64,000 bases of DNA. It comes from Paraspadella gotoi (taxonomy: Eukaryota; Animalia; Chaetognatha). The position numbers and the translations under genes are program-made. Under the pieces are notes generated by a model, which saw only the letters and a list, made by a program, of their open reading frames with translations, did no database searches and was not told where the DNA came from. The stretch covers positions 21,843,167 through 21,907,166 of the forward strand of contig CM119269.1 of NCBI GenBank assembly GCA_051294375.1. The letters are read 5' to 3'. This document shows positions 63,409 through 64,000 of the stretch, in pieces (the first letter of the stretch is position 1; every line of letters starts with the position of its first letter).

Positions 63409-64000
63409 TTCTCTCTTTCGTGGTCACTGAGCTCAGTCGACCTGCAAACTTTCAATCAAGATTCTCTCACAGTCTAGTTTAGTTAAAACTCCCAGAGTAC
63501 CGGAGTACCTGGCTTTCCTTTCTATAAAGTGATATAATGTCTCTATAAACAGTTTCAAATATATAAAAGTTCCACTGCCTTAAGTGTAAGATAAAAATAT
63601 AGAAAGCAGTTATGAGTGATTAGTTATTAGTTATTATCAAGGCCCTACACCCTGTCCAATGTCGAGAAGTGACATAACTGATTTATAAAATGTTAGAATA
63701 ATTTTTATTAGTTGGATCAATTTAAATCTTATCTCAACAAACAAAAGACGACGACACTAAATATAACGTCTTTTCTAAGAAAAGATGATTACATTTTCGA
63801 CAACGATTTTCCTTTCAACATTTCAGGCCAGATTCCCCCCGTCCGAGCAACAACAACAACTACCATAACAACAACTACTACAACAACATTAACATCATTA
63901 ACAATTACAACAGCCACAACAACAACAACAACTTGTTTTGCTTCGAGCTTCGAGAATGAGGAATCGACGCTCCATTTCCGTCGTCGGCGCCGACAGCGAG

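Overview
AT-rich animal (invertebrate-like) nuclear DNA from a gap-filled draft assembly, dominated by (GA)n/(CT)n microsatellites, minisatellites and transposon debris. There is no prokaryotic content and no intact gene. Most long ORFs in the track are microsatellite or N-gap translations. Recognisable elements: a heavily frameshifted Ty3/Gypsy (CsRn1-like) gag-pol (~20.3-23.8 kb, +), an internally deleted Tc1/mariner element with TIRs and TA TSD (26807-27365), a 3' LINE RT remnant (~12.7-13.2 kb, -), tRNA-derived SINE heads and DINE-1/Helentron-like repeats. More than half of the window is present twice: 644-7560 recurs inverted at ~14740-26230 (and partly at 8940-10592), 27545-28580 recurs in tandem, and 34755-43960 recurs in tandem at 43965-57795. 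Several of these copies abut exactly-25-N gaps, and they differ by dense single-base indels plus a few TE-sized presence/absence blocks. This is best explained by long-read gap-filling and uncollapsed haplotypes rather than biology. A few GC-richer islands with splice signals may be host exons (an RPEL-like motif, a hydrophobic C-terminal tail, a 384-nt exon downstream of an RFX X-box/YY1 island). I found no convincing evidence of a new biological system; the leads are listed with modest scores.
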